From Chrysemys picta bellii (lineage: Eukaryota), in assembly GCF_011386835.1 (NCBI RefSeq), contig NC_088804.1:33046001-33110000 (forward strand): DNA of 64,000 nucleotides, given 5' to 3'. The position numbers were made by a program, and so were the translations under genes. Shown one piece after another: positions 37,787 to 50,574 of the stretch. Every line of letters begins with the position of its first letter. The first letter of the stretch is position 1. The notes under the pieces are model-generated. The model was not told where the DNA came from. It ran no database searches and saw only the letters and a list, made by a program, of their open reading frames with translations.

Positions 37787-38805
37787 TACTCCTGGGGGCA
37801 TTCTGTGCCAAAATATTAACAATTCTGCACCCAAAAGTTTAAAGTTCTGCAAAATTCTGCAAATTTTATTTGTCAAAATAACACTACATAGTCATGCCAG
37901 TTTCAATTATGTTGGTAATTTATTTCAAAATACCTATCAGCAAGTATGTCTGTAACAATATAGACACACACAAAAATTCCCCCCCAGGAGTAGCGAGTTA
38001 AAGAAACCCCTATGACAACCCAGTTCCTCTTTCTCTGCCCCCTTCCCTCCCCAAGAGCCTAGCCAGATACCTGCATCCCGCTCCCCCACAGAGCCCAGTG
38101 CAGGGCCCCACTTTTCTCAGATATCTGCACCCTCCCACAGTCCAGCCCCACAGAGCCCAGGTATCCAGAGGGAGAAACAGGCGGTCCCAGGCTGATGCTC
38201 GGTCCCAGGCTTGTACAGAGTTTCCTGCCTGCTACTCTCTCCTTCTCTCAGGGCATGCTGGGAACTGCAGCTGCCAGGAACCCTCTAACTCAGTGGTGGG
38301 CAACCTGTGGCCTGTCAGGATAATCCGCTGTCAGGCCGCGAGACAGTTTGTTTACATTGACCGTCCGCAGGCACGGCCGCCCGCATCTCCCAGTGGCCGT
38401 GGTTTGCCGTTCCCGGCCAATGGGAGCTGCAGGAAGTGGTGCTGGCTGTAGACACGTGCTGGCCATGGCTTCCTGCAGCTCCCATTGGCCGGGAACAGCA
38501 AACTGCAGCCACTGGGAGCTGCGGGCGGCCGTGCCTGCGGACGGTCAATGTAAACAAACTGTCTCGCAGCCCAACAGCAGATTACCCTGACAGGGCGCAG
38601 GTTTCCCACCACTACTCTAACTCCCACCCCCTTCTCCCAGCAGCGTCTTCTATGTGCCAGCTGGGCTCTGCCAGGTCCAGCTGCCCCTAGTGGCGGCTAG
38701 CAGCACTGCAGCCCATTTCTGTGGGGGAAAGGAAATTTTGCCCACCCAACGTTAATTTCTGCAAAATTCTGCATTGTGCAGCAGCACAGAATTCCCCCAG
38801 GAGTA
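37787..38805. mobile_element. Non-autonomous DNA transposon with TAC...GTA termini and 6-bp TSD (IS3EU-like)
   Basis: 22-bp TIR TACTCCTGGGGG(C/A)ATTCTGTGC with 1 mismatch. Duplication AAAGCC (37781-37786 / 38806-38811). Confidence 0.75.
38291..38614. mobile_element. Fold-back hAT (Charlie-like) MITE nested in the 37787-38805 element
   Basis: CAGTGGTGGGCAACC...GGTTTCCCACCACTA. Perfect TSD CTCTAACT (38283-38290 / 38615-38622). Confidence 0.92.
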
Positions 38806-39844
38806 AAAGCCCTACATGCATTGGGTCTTTGCTGCCTAAAACACTGACTCTCTCTCTATGCACCATTGTGATAGTTGAGATTGTAGAGGCATTTTTTGTT
38901 AACAAGCCCTACATTTAAATATTTGCGGGAAAGTGGCAGGACGTTTTCAGTGACTTTTGATCTCTGGAGCTTACTCGTCCAATAGAGCCAGCATTTCCTT
39001 AGTTTAAGAAGTGCTCAGGTACCACAGTGATGGGCTCCATATAAAAACCAAGACAGACAGATAAGAACCCAGAGTAACACTCCTGTAACTTCTCAGGTTT
39101 CTGCCTGATTACCCTAGCAAGGAATATACTGAGCTGTAGTTTGGGTTAAGGGTTGTCACTCAGCTGTGCATATTGTTTTTACACATGTGCATACATCCCC
39201 AGAGAGCGGGCATAATTTGAATCTCAAAACAACACAAAAACTTTCTTTAAAATGACCTGAAAGAAGCGTTGTGCTCATGGCATTGGGCTACCGGGAGCTG
39301 GACTTTACTTAAATTGTGAGCTCTTTGGGATAAGACCATCTGTGCTTGGAACAGTACAAACACTATGGGGCTTTGGTTTACGGCTATGGCTCTTGTTGCT
39401 ACCATAATACAAATCAATAATAACCTTGTGCCCCGGTGCCAAACAGATATTGTGAGACCCCACGCACACAGGGAACACAAGGACATCCTCGCTGCACACT
39501 GGAAAAAACAAACACTCTGTCTCCCCTCATCTAAAAAAATATAAAAGCCAAATTATTACAGTGGCTGCATAAGTGTTCGAGTTAAAGATTTACTGGCATT
39601 TATTTTCTTGTACAAAGGTCCAGCAGGCTGCTGGTGAACTTCTCACCTTTGGTGATTGTGAGGCACAGGTCTGAAGGTGCTTTCACCTCTCCAAGAACTG
39701 TATCAATAGTTTAGTAATGCCTGGCTTGTTGGTGAAATAACTGACTTGTTGCTAAATTACTAAAAAAAAAATGTGAAGTGATACAGACAATGTGATCTTC
39801 CACTCTGAAAGACAGCTCACAGTGAAATCATAAGCGGGGGAAAG

Positions 39845-40020
39845 ATTAAGTTACAGGGTAACATTTTCAAAAGCACCTACATGACTTAAGAGTCTAAGTC
39901 TCATTTTCAAAAGTGACTTAAAGCCAGAATTACAAATGTATTTAGGAGCTTAAAGTTGCAGATAGGTACCTACTCAGAATTACAATAGTGCCTAAGTAAG
40001 TTAGACACCTAGCTCCCACA
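39845..40020. mobile_element. Degenerate TAGGCACCTAA/TTTTCAAAAG-family repeat
   Basis: TTTTCAAAAGCACCTA, TTTTCAAAAGTGACTTA, TTAGACACCTAGCTCCCA motifs shared with 28418-28600. Confidence 0.5.
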
Positions 40021-40417
40021 GAAAACTGTTCCATTAGAAAAATTTTGACCAGGCCTACGAAGCGTATCATTTCATGGTGGGTTTTTTTTATTGTTTTCAT
40101 GTATTTTTAGAAATGGTTTTATTTTGTCATATAGCACCCAAAATGCCTGGGCAAGTTAAGGTACTTTAGAAATAAATGTATTAATTATTAGTAGTATTCA
40201 GAGATTTAAACAACACGTTCAATGGTTGAAGTGACCAATGCATGCTTGGGTGGCTTTTTTTTTAATGGTGGTTCTAATACTGGTAATTCTGAATTTTATT
40301 ATTATTCATTTATTTGTATTAATGGAGTTAGACTCCTAAATTACAATGTCATTTTTGAAAATTTTGCTCCCTATCTTTAAAATGGAAAAAACACTCCAAA
40401 GCCAGTTACCTCTAACC

Positions 40418-40751
40418 CAGGGGTCGGCAACATGTGGCACGCGGCTCGCCAGGGTAAGGACCCTGGTGGGCCGGGCCAGTTTATTTACTTGCTGACGCGG
40501 CAGGTTCGGCCAATTGCGGCCCCCACTGGCCGCGGTTCGCCGTCCCGGGCCAATGGGGGTGGCGGGAAGCTGCGGCCAGCTCATCCCTCGCCTGCGCCGC
40601 TTCTCGCCGCCCCCATTGGCCCGGGACGGCGAACCGCGGCCAGTGGGGGCCGCGATCGGCCGAACCTGCCGCGTCAGCAGGTAAATAAACTGGCCCGGCC
40701 TGCTAGGGTGCTTACCCTGGCGAGCTGCGTGCCGAACGTTGCCGACCCCTG
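40418..40751. mobile_element. Fold-back hAT (Charlie-like) MITE, copy 2 (same family as 30260-30592)
   Basis: TIRs CAGGGGTCGGCAAC / GTTGCCGACCCCTG. Perfect TSD CTCTAACC (40410-40417 / 40752-40759). Confidence 0.95.
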
Positions 40752-41390
40752 CTCTAACCCCTGGGATGTTTGAAATCTGATTTTACAGCTTGTGCCCATT
40801 TCCAGTTATGCAAACATAACAGGAAAACAAATCTACATGAAAATGCAGCACCTGCTTCGCTAAAATTGCCATTACAGTATATGGCTAAAACATGCTTTCA
40901 ATATGTTCCTTTGGAGAAGTGCCTTTGAATCAGATATTTATGAACAGTCGGACTAAGGTTGGTTCTTCAGACTAAAAGGTAAGCTAAATATTTTGTCCCC
41001 TTTGAGGCTCTTGCCAAGTTTCAACTGCCATTATTTAGCAAGTTCTTCAACTTAAAAAGTTACAATTTACTCATCTTCCTCGTGAAGCTGTCAGTTGTTG
41101 AGAAGTGGAAAACAGCCAATTGATTAGTTTTGATGGTCTGCTGCATGGAGATCTAGTCTGTGTCACTAAAATGCCTGTTCATCCAATTAACCAAATTACC
41201 AAGGGGTACTCCAGCCAAGTGCAACACTCAGTGGACTGCAGCTACTAGGAGATCAGTGCATTGGGGATGTGCCTCTACTAAAAATAGGGGATTATTTTGC
41301 AAAACAAAAGACTATGTGGCGTTATCATGTATATTTCCTATCTATCTATAACATGAGAACTGTGGGGAACGGGACCATCTCTCTTTATTT

Positions 41391-41615
41391 AGGCTCTGAT
41401 TCAGCAAAACACTTAGGCATGTGATTAAATGTAAGCATGTGCTTAAGTCCATCCTAATTCAGCAAAGTACTTAATCATGTATTCATTGTATGCACATGTG
41501 AACACTGACTTAAAATTAAATAAATGAAGTAAATGCTTAAGTATTTTGCTGAAGAAGGATAGAATTAAGCACATGCCTAAAATTAAACATCAGCTAAAGT
41601 GCTTTAAAAGCTCCT
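41391..41615. mobile_element. Old palindromic MITE (CAGCAAAGCACTTAAGCATG family)
   Basis: TTCAGCAAAACACTTAGGCATG and TTCAGCAAAGTACTTAATCATG versus inverted ATGCTTAAGTATTTTGCTGAA. Related to 62468-62628. Confidence 0.6.
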
Positions 41616-44439
41616 TAAGGAACAAAGGCTTTCTTCCACCTGCGGATGGTGAGCCAAACTCTGTATTACAGCCCATGGTAAGTTTTCACCCAAGCGGGCC
41701 AATGGGCTGCTACAGAAAAGGTTTATTGTGAGTCTGGTTGCTTTAAACATACTTTCCTGAGATTCTAGTAAACTTCATCCTATTAGGGCACACTGTAGCT
41801 GAAGTCCCATGATCAAAATGTGGAGGCGAATGCTATGGGGCAGTATACTGGGCGCCAACAGGTCACCAAGTCAACCAACTTCAAACAGCACTATGTTAAA
41901 GCACACTAGTGAACCTTTAATCACACCAGCAGGGTCTACACAGACCAATTAATGCGCAACACATTAGTGAGCTTTAGAAATCACGGCCTTGGAGGCCACA
42001 TTACTGCTTTTTGTAGATAAGCCCTTAGATACAAGTAACCTTTTCCTGGTGTTTATTAGATAAACACAGATTTCATTTCCTTTTATCGGGGGTGTTTTAG
42101 AGGTCAAAATCTAAAATCAGAAGCTCTAAGCATGGCTGAGAAATATGAAAAGCTCAATATTGGCCTGATCCAATGCCCATAAACTCAACCAGATTCTTTC
42201 CACCGATTCAACAGGCTTCGGATCAGACCCTCTCTGCCAAATCCAAAGGTTTTTTTTCAGACAAAACTCCACTGATTTCCAAGTTTAGCCAGAATAAAAA
42301 CTGAATTTGGCCTTAAAAATTCAATTCTTTGAGATCAGGCTCACTCTGTGAAAATTCAGGCACCTGGCTTGACAATCCATCCGTTTTGTCCAATTTCACC
42401 CACACTCCCATTGTTTATTCAGCTCCCTGAATTTGGTGAACAATGTTGTGATGTGCCATGCACAAAGCCCCAGACTTAGTTAAAATGGCTGCCAACTCAG
42501 TGCAAATTTCTCTGGACATGTTTGTATGCATTATAAAAAGGCAACAAATATGTTTTGTGAGAGACATAATATTTTAAAGATCTACATCATTTTCTATATG
42601 TGGAATTTTTTTTTCATATTGGTCTAGATAAGCCAATTATATGTAGCAATTGTGTCAATATTATGGACCCATATAACATCATAAGCTGCAAATAATATGT
42701 ATGAAATCTGCAACAATGACTGTTCAGGTTAGCAGCCTATTTCTTGATCTATCTTCTTTAAAATGTGACTGCACCTGCACTAACATTTTATCATATGTTT
42801 TCCTTTTTACGTAAGTGTTCTTTAAAAATGTCAAATTTACCTTAATTGTCAAAAAAAAAATCAAAATATGTTTCATGTTATGTTTTCCTCTTTCATGGGT
42901 TTTTGTCATGATATAAAATGCCATTTTGAAGGTGTGTTACACACAACAAAAGGAGAAAGATCTGGTACCTTAATGGCAGGCTTCTCAAAGTCCTGCTCGT
43001 ATTCTGAGTGAGCAGCTCTTAAATCTCTGAAATAAAGTTTCTCTGCAAAGTCTCTACATCTGGCTTATCTCCTTTATTAATCAAAGTGGTAAACATGCTT
43101 AACTAAATGACAATGTCCCGTAAAGACTTCAGTCAGACTGTATTTCCATTAGGTGAGCCTACGGTATTCTACTAGGCAACCGGACTGTAGTTAACGAGGG
43201 AGTCCATTGTCTGTCCATAATTGACATGTTATAAAGGGCAGACATGTCCTCGGACACTGAATTCCCGCTATTGCTTGCCATTTCCTGGCATTTTCAAGGG
43301 CAATGTGAGTCTACCTCTTAAAGAGACAGTACCACCTTTGGAGGAATTGTTTGAAGTGAACATTCCTAACTATGTGCAAACAGTCTAACCCTAAACTATT
43401 AAAAACAGACTTCTATTGTAGGAATAGTTGTATTGTTTGGGAATACAAAATCTTTGGATGTGAAGCCTTAGCCGTGTATATTTCTCTTTTAAATACATAC
43501 ACAACGCAGAAGATGGGTCTACTCTAAACCAATATAGCGTATCTGGAGGTCTGAAAACCACTGAACTTCAGAGAAGAGAAGTAGTTGTACAGATGTTTGC
43601 AAATGGCCTAACGGGCCAAATCTCAGCTCCAGACATCACAGAACTCCAGGATGTTCATATTCTGTGGCTGCAGTTCACCTTTAATATACATAACCGCCAT
43701 GTCTGGTACAAAATATAAGTTTTCTAATGTCCTTGGGTTTTGTGTGGTCCTAGATGAAAATGTTTTTACTGACCCTTGACCACATGGTTTAACTACATTA
43801 AAACCAGTGCTCTGACCTGCAGGTTGGCAACATACTGCTCTATATTATATTGTTGTTAAACACCATATCCCGCCTTGTATACATCAAGGGTTTTTTTTAC
43901 TCATCTCCAATGTTCTGCCACTTATCACAATTCATCACAGTCATGCACCAAATTCCAGCTAATGGCCCCAAATCAGTTTTCCCTGAATATCCTTAGGAAC
44001 TAATTTTGGCTTGCGCAAATGAAAAGCAAATGTTGGTGAAAAGCAAATGCCAAAGGCTTGTGAATAAGGTAGATCTAAATATGGTTTCCAATTTGCCAAA
44101 AATCTTTATAGACTTTTTTTCTGCTTCTTCCAATCTCTAAATACATTTGTTTTCTTAGCATCAGATCTTTTACATGTCATTAAATGGTTTGGTTTTAATA
44201 GTTTTTGATTTATTTAAAGAATGCCAGTGCTGTAAACATTTTGCAAAGGGCACTTCCACATCAGAATTACATCATCATTACTCTTTGGATGAATTCCAAA
44301 AATTAAATAGAATCTGGAAATCAAAGATGCTTAAGGTTGATCTATAAAGGTACAGTCTCCTCCTGTTGTACCTGCGTAATTCCCAGTAACATGCATTAGA
44401 GTTATTCATATATCTCAAGGAAAGAACAGACCCACAATG

Positions 44440-44605
44440 CAAAGCTGGTGCTCATGGAAGCCAGGACACCTGGATTCTGTCCATGACTCTCCCACTGAGT
44501 CACTTAATTTCTCTATGCCTCAGTTTAAATATCTGCAAAATGGATTTAATATCTATGTACTTTATAATGATATTGCAGGATTAAATTAATATCTATAAGG
44601 TACAA
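44440..44605 (+). mobile_element. MIR-like CORE-SINE fragment
   Basis: CAGGACACCTGGATTCT...GTCACTTAATTTCTCTATGCCTCAGTTTAAATATCTGCAAAATGG. Confidence 0.65.
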
Positions 44606-44768
44606 AGCAGTACTGATAGGGTGGAGGAGAAGGGAGAGGTGTGGAGGGATTGTTTTACCCATGTACGCTACACTCTTTGACACAGGGTGCTAAATGTTAT
44701 TACCAAGGGGCATCACTTATTTTCCCTCATAGCTACTTGCAAAATTCAAGTAATATTTTTGCTTTATT

Positions 44769-44818
44769 GAAAAGAAAAGAAAAGAAAAGAAAAGAAAAGA
44801 AAAGAAAAGAAAAGAAAA
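44769..44818 (+). repeat. (GAAAA)10 microsatellite
   Basis: Ten perfect units read directly. Confidence 0.97.
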
Positions 44819-47800
44819 GGCCTGGCTAACTCATGACCCGAGGAACTCAAAATAAAGTATTGATCTGAGTCTGTTGCCCTTAAGGGTCAATGGGAGTGTT
44901 GCCATTGACTTCAATAGGAGCACAAGCTCAGCTTGCATTTCAGCAGCAGATCTGAAGGAGCACCTGACCCATCCAAACTGTAACTAAAAGATACTTATTA
45001 TTAAGCTCTGTAGTGCGGGTGTAAGTTGTTAGGACACAGAGGAAAAGGAGAAGAGAGAGACCCCCTTAGAAATCAGAGGATAAAGAAAGCGTGCCACAAG
45101 GAACCATACACTCTACTTGTGCACATTAATGACATGCTACATGGAAGTAGTGTACTCGCATTCCTCTAAGGGTGAAGGATGAAACAACAAAAGAAGAACT
45201 GCTTTGTGTGGTTGCTTTTTTGTATTCAGCACGTGCTGATAGTACGTGGAGCGAAGAAAGCTGAAATACTGTAGGAGGCACACTATGCGTGAGAGTCCCA
45301 TGCTGACAATGTGTGTGATTGATGGTAGTAAAGTTTCACATTCTATCTTTCTTCACAAGTGAGTATTTCATCTGTTCTCAGCAAGGTGCAAAGCTCCCCT
45401 TGTCTTATACCTGAACTCAAAGGATTTAACCAAAAAGAGAGTTCATATAACACCGAAAATACTGTGTAATGAAAAAACAAGCAAAGCAGAGCAACCAGCC
45501 CACCCCTTAAAAAAACAGGTGCCCTGAACATTGTTGAAAAAGTGAAATATTTTTGATTAGTACAAAAAAGAAAGTGAATTATCATTCAGGAGACCTTTGG
45601 ATGGAAATCCCTGCAAGATGAAGCACTACTTTTCAACATGAAGGAAGTGAAGATTCCATGATGAAGTCTGTAATTTTGGGACCACATTTATTTCTGCAAG
45701 AACTTGCTCACACTGTAAAAACAGGAGGAGACGCTTGTCTGCTGATGGAAAAATGTGGGGTTTTGGTTCTTGTCCTTTGCTGACACACCTCCCAACACTT
45801 CACATCATTGAGAAAAGTTCATGCACTTTCTACACGCACTCACACATACAGGCCATGCAAAACAAAAGCTGTGGTAAAAGCCTCAGAGAGATGGTTCTAG
45901 CAGGGCTCAAAGAGAAAAAAAATACTTGTAGTCAGCTCTGCTTCTTTTCAGCTAAATTTTATTATTTTGTTTTTAAAAATTATTGCGCTGGCTTAATTGG
46001 GAGCAAAAGAAAAAAAACAGACTGTACCCTAAGTCTCCTCTTCACCTCTCGCCACAATCACTCCATTGCATATGGCACTTGGGGAATGGAAATCTGTTGG
46101 CCTGTCTGTTTTGCACCCAGGTGGACAAACATATAGAAAGGAGACCGAATGCAATTTGCTGTTTCAGAGAAAAGCGAGGTCTGCAAATGAAGTGAAATTG
46201 CTGATCTCAAACAAGAGGGAGTCTCGCCCCACCCACACACATATACACACCTCCCTTCCAGTTTTTAATTAAGAAATGAAGGAAAATACAATATTTTTTT
46301 ATATTGTCCTTTCAAGGAGATCTCTATTTGCATAGACTGATCCCCCTTCCTTTCCACAGCACTAACATTAGTGTGACCTTTTCCTGCTAATTGGAAAATC
46401 TTATGGAAATAAAGCCTGTCAGAAAATGAGAAGTGTCTCCCCTTTAGCTGGCCAAACGACCTCAGAGGGGGAAAAGAAGTTCTGAATTTCTGCTCCTTCT
46501 GCACACACTGCAAAATCTTTATTACTTCGGAGAGCCTTGAAACTCAGTAATGCCCCTCCAGTGCAAAGAGAAGTAAATAAATTTCTTCTTATGACCACTT
46601 TGGAGAAACACACAACCAGATTTACTCAGCAGGGATAGATACTGGACAAGATAATGAAGAGAGAATAAGAATATGATAGGGGTTTACAGCCTCTTCTGTC
46701 TCTTTAAAGTGTTTTAATCCTTCAGAAACAGGATATCGGGTCCATTTCCTTAAAGATACAGTATCCCTTCTGGGACGAGTAATGTTATAAAAAGCTAAGA
46801 TGTAACATCTATCTCACAATATTGATTGGCACTTTAGTGTGATAAAAGGGGTTGAATCTGAAGGGGAAAAGAGGAAAAAGGTAAACTGGGATTACTCTTT
46901 GAAGAACTGAGAAAGTCCCTATTATACCAGGTCAAACTTTCTAAATATTTCCTACCTAGTATTGAACCCAAATGCCATTTCAGTGATTGTCCAGGTGATT
47001 TCCTTGGATTTCTAAAGACAATACATCCACATGCATGTCATTATCATCATTAGCAAATGGGACTGATTATGATTTCATCCCCAGCACACGGCTCTGTGCT
47101 TTCATTTTGTGGTCAAGCTGAGGTAAAGGGCAGATGTCCCAATCTAGAGAGACAGTTTCTGTTATAACAGGAAAGGCAAACAAAATTTCAAATGATTGTC
47201 TGGTTAGGAGGTGATTATAAAATGCCTTTTCTAGACAATATCACCTGGCTTGTGGGGGAGCTTTTAAAGAAAATACTTGGAACTGTCATCATATGGATAG
47301 ATGCTGTGGAGTCAGTCCTAAATTACTCAGAGTTAAATCAACACAGGGGCCAATCCTACAAACACTTACTCATGTGAGTGTTTCTTTCTTGTACAAATAG
47401 CCTCATTTAAGCTTGTGGGTCTAGCTGCATGAGTTTGTAGGACTAGGCCTGTATTTACCATGAAATTAACATTATACTCGCAATTGAATAAACATGTAGT
47501 TAGTAGAATCTGGCATGAGTTCAATATGTAAAAATGGAGCCAGCGTCACCAGCTTATAGGCTAATGAAAGATTCTTAAGATGAATATTTGTCTAATATAT
47601 TTCACCTTTGTGTCGAATGGTCTGTGAAAGAGGAGAGAGCAAGACCCCATCCACTTTAGCATCAGGACTGCTGGTTTCAAACATGTTTCAGCCAACAGCA
47701 TTCTTTAAATATGCTTTTCCTAACCAGCGTGGACAGGATTTTTCTTCTTAGGACATGCTTGTCAAGCTGTGCTGTATATTATACCTCCCTAGGTAACAGC

Positions 47801-48383
47801 ATGACATTATAATAGTATTCAGGCCACAATAACACCTAGCCACAATGAGGCTCTGCTCAAAGCCTGCTAGCAACAGCTGCTTTTAAGCAATATGGGCCTG
47901 TTCCCAAGATCAAGTTTTTCCCATTGACTTCAGCGTGCATTGGAACAGGTCCTCTGTCAACTATAGAGTTCCTGGCAGAGGGATTGCTGTTTAAAAGGAG
48001 CAAGCCATCCGTCTCTGCATAAGTAAAATAATGTCTTCATACTGCCCTACATTTCTGGTTCTACAGCACCTAATCTGGCATCTTTTTTGTCAATTTCTCT
48101 CTGTGTGCTCTGGACACTTTGATGACATCAGCGGAAACGTGCTCCATTCTGGGAACACTGATTATTTGTTAAATAAGGATTCAGGGCAGCAGCCCGCATA
48201 TTTATGTTTGGTGCAGCCCGCCAAAATATCTACTATAGTTTTAGGGCCTGATCCAAAGCCCACTGAAGTCAACGGGAGCCTTTCTGGATCAGACTCTCAA
48301 CAGGGAATAAAATGACAGACTTTAATAAATGCATATATGTTGAATCTCAATGCTATTTCCAACCTGATTACATGAATTTAGCA

Positions 48384-48424
48384 TCATAAGCTTTCGTGAG
48401 TAAAAACCTCACTTCTTCGGATGA
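48384..48424 (-). ncRNA. Minimal hammerhead-ribozyme-like motif
   Basis: Minus strand reads TCAT-CCGAAGA-A-GTGAG(GTTTTTA)CTCAC-GAAA-GCTT-ATGA. Confidence 0.6.
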
Positions 48425-48531
48425 GGTTTTCACTCACGAAAGCTTATGCCCCAATAAATCTGTTAGTCTTTAAGGTGCCACCAGACTCCTTGTTGTTTTT
48501 GTAGATACAGACTAACACGGCTACCCCCTGA
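48385..48531. mobile_element. Penelope-like mini-insertion, second subfamily, with short fold-back
   Basis: 27-bp arms (48385-48411 / 48422-48448, 1 mismatch). Tail TGTTAGTCTTTAAGGTGCCACCAGACTCC...GATACAGACTAACACGGCTAC. Flanking duplication TACATGAATTTAGCAT / TACATGAATTTTAGCAT. Confidence 0.85.
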
Positions 48532-50293
48532 TACATGAATTTTAGCATAGCTTAAAATATGGACTCAAGTAACCATGGACATAGGGCTCTTTTGAAATGA
48601 GTGCCACACAGTGCTATCCAGTCCCTGTATGAATATGCACTTAATAATAAGTACATGTTGAATATGAAATGACCCTATTTAAATTTTAGGGTCAAGTTAA
48701 CATTGGGAGCTGAAATAACAATATAACACTGCATTCCTGGTATTAACTAATAACCACATTGCAGAATGAGTAATTTTGGATGGAGTGCTGCTGGCTACTA
48801 GCAAACAATGGCAGAGGAGGGTTGGCTGAGAGTCAAGGACGATTGCACAGGAAAGTTTTGGCAGCCGGAGGGGAATGGGACAGAAAAAGGGTGCCCAGTT
48901 CTGAGCCAAACCATACTCCCTCTCTTTCCCCATCACTCACTGGTTCTGACTCTGTGGCTTGATGACCCTGGGAATTGCTCACTGGGATGCCTGCAGAGTT
49001 TTAAACAAAGTGTCACAAAACTCTGATATACACCTACTTGGACAGGTCGTGGGAGTGGGGATGTTCTCATTTATCAGGGACACATAGTCACCCTACACAT
49101 GCAAACTATATACTTGCCCTCAGGGCCCCAACTTTAGTGATTTTTTATGGTAGTCAAATTATTCCAATCTTGACTTTAAAGAACCTCTTAGTCAAGGGTG
49201 GTTAATATCCTTTAAGTCATTGACCTTAGGTCTGAGATCAAGAGGTTACTTTATCAATAAAAGCACACAGGCTCAAAACCAAGAGATGATTGGTGGTACA
49301 TTTCAAAGCACTTGTGGAAGAGAATTGTTTCACCAGTGCACAAGTTATGGCACGGCTACTAACCTAGTAGCGCACACGTTAGTGTCCTGCTTTGAGAGTT
49401 GCACAGGGCATAACCGATTCTCTAAGGGTTTGATCCTGCAAGGTGCCGAGTAATATCTGGAAGTGGACCAAACCCTCAACTCTCCTTGAGATCAATAGAA
49501 ACTGAGGGTGCTCAGTCCCTAATGAAGTTACTTATCACCTTGTAAGATCAAGCTCTATATGCAACTGGCACCATGGATGGGTGAGGAATGATTAGAAAGG
49601 GGCACAAACGATGCAGGTTGGATCCGGATTCCTCAAATTCTGAGCATGTTTGAATTAAGTGTTCTGGTTCAGCCCGTGATAATGATAAAGACTAGCCACA
49701 AAGTCCATATCCAAATCTTAGCGCCTCTACAGTGGAAGAGGGTCACAGCCAGGATTCTTTTTTCCCCCCCATCTCTAACAGGCCTTGCAATTACTATATG
49801 AAATGTATGTTCAAAACAGCTTGTTTATACGCGTGCAGAGTTTTGTAAAGAGACCCTCACTCCCCTAAAAGCAGCTTTGTTACCTAATTCTCAAAAGCAG
49901 AACTTGGCTTAATAATAAGAGATTGCTCCTGTTTTTCTCCTTTCTCTTGATAAGATTATTTCCCCAAAAATGATTTCAACACTTGAAAAATAACCCATTT
50001 GCCACAAGTTTAACATAAAGCCTATCTTCCTTGAAGGGTGCTTATTCAAACGTGTGAGTGCTTTGGCAAGGACAGGTGCAGTTTTCCAAATATTTCACAA
50101 TGTTCAGTAATAGAAAAGTTGCACACATGACAGTCAACAGCACAAAGGCATCAATCAGTGCACCACTTGGCATGGCTCAGTGCTTCATTCTTGGGCTGAA
50201 TTTTGAAAATGGGGAGACAAAAAGCTAATTTGGGGAAATTTCTGCTGGCTTCAAAATGCAAAAATGTCAACAGGAATCATGAAGTGAGACCCA

Positions 50294-50574
50294 GGCCTGG
50301 TCTACACTGAGGAGCGATGTTGGCACAGCTACACCTATCAGGGGTATGAAAAAACCACACTCCTGACTGATGTACCTATGCCAACAAACCCCCCAGTGTA
50401 GACACAGCTATGTGGATTGAAGAAGGCTTCCGGCAATGTAGCTAACTTTGTTTGGAGCAGTTGGTGTTCCTACAGCAACAGAAAAACCCTGTCAGTAGGT
50501 GTAGACTGCGTCTATGCTACAGGGCTATGTTGACATAGCTATTCCAGTATCGTCTCTGCAATGTATGCATACCC
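50294..50574. mobile_element. PIF/Harbinger-like MITE
   Basis: GGCCTGGTCTACACT start, internal GTGTAGAC repeats, end ATGTATGCATACCC followed by TCA. Confidence 0.75.

Larger units (their letters stand above)
37600..38850 (+). mobile_element. L2 LINE ORF2 C-terminal relic, interrupted at 37787-38805
   Basis: QKLQQLMQNAAACLL...HFTLVLSRLHWLP from 37631. After the insertion the frame resumes AAA GCC CTA CAT GCA TTG GGT = KALHALG, as in L2 QNAAAR..LHWLP..YKALHG. Confidence 0.75.
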
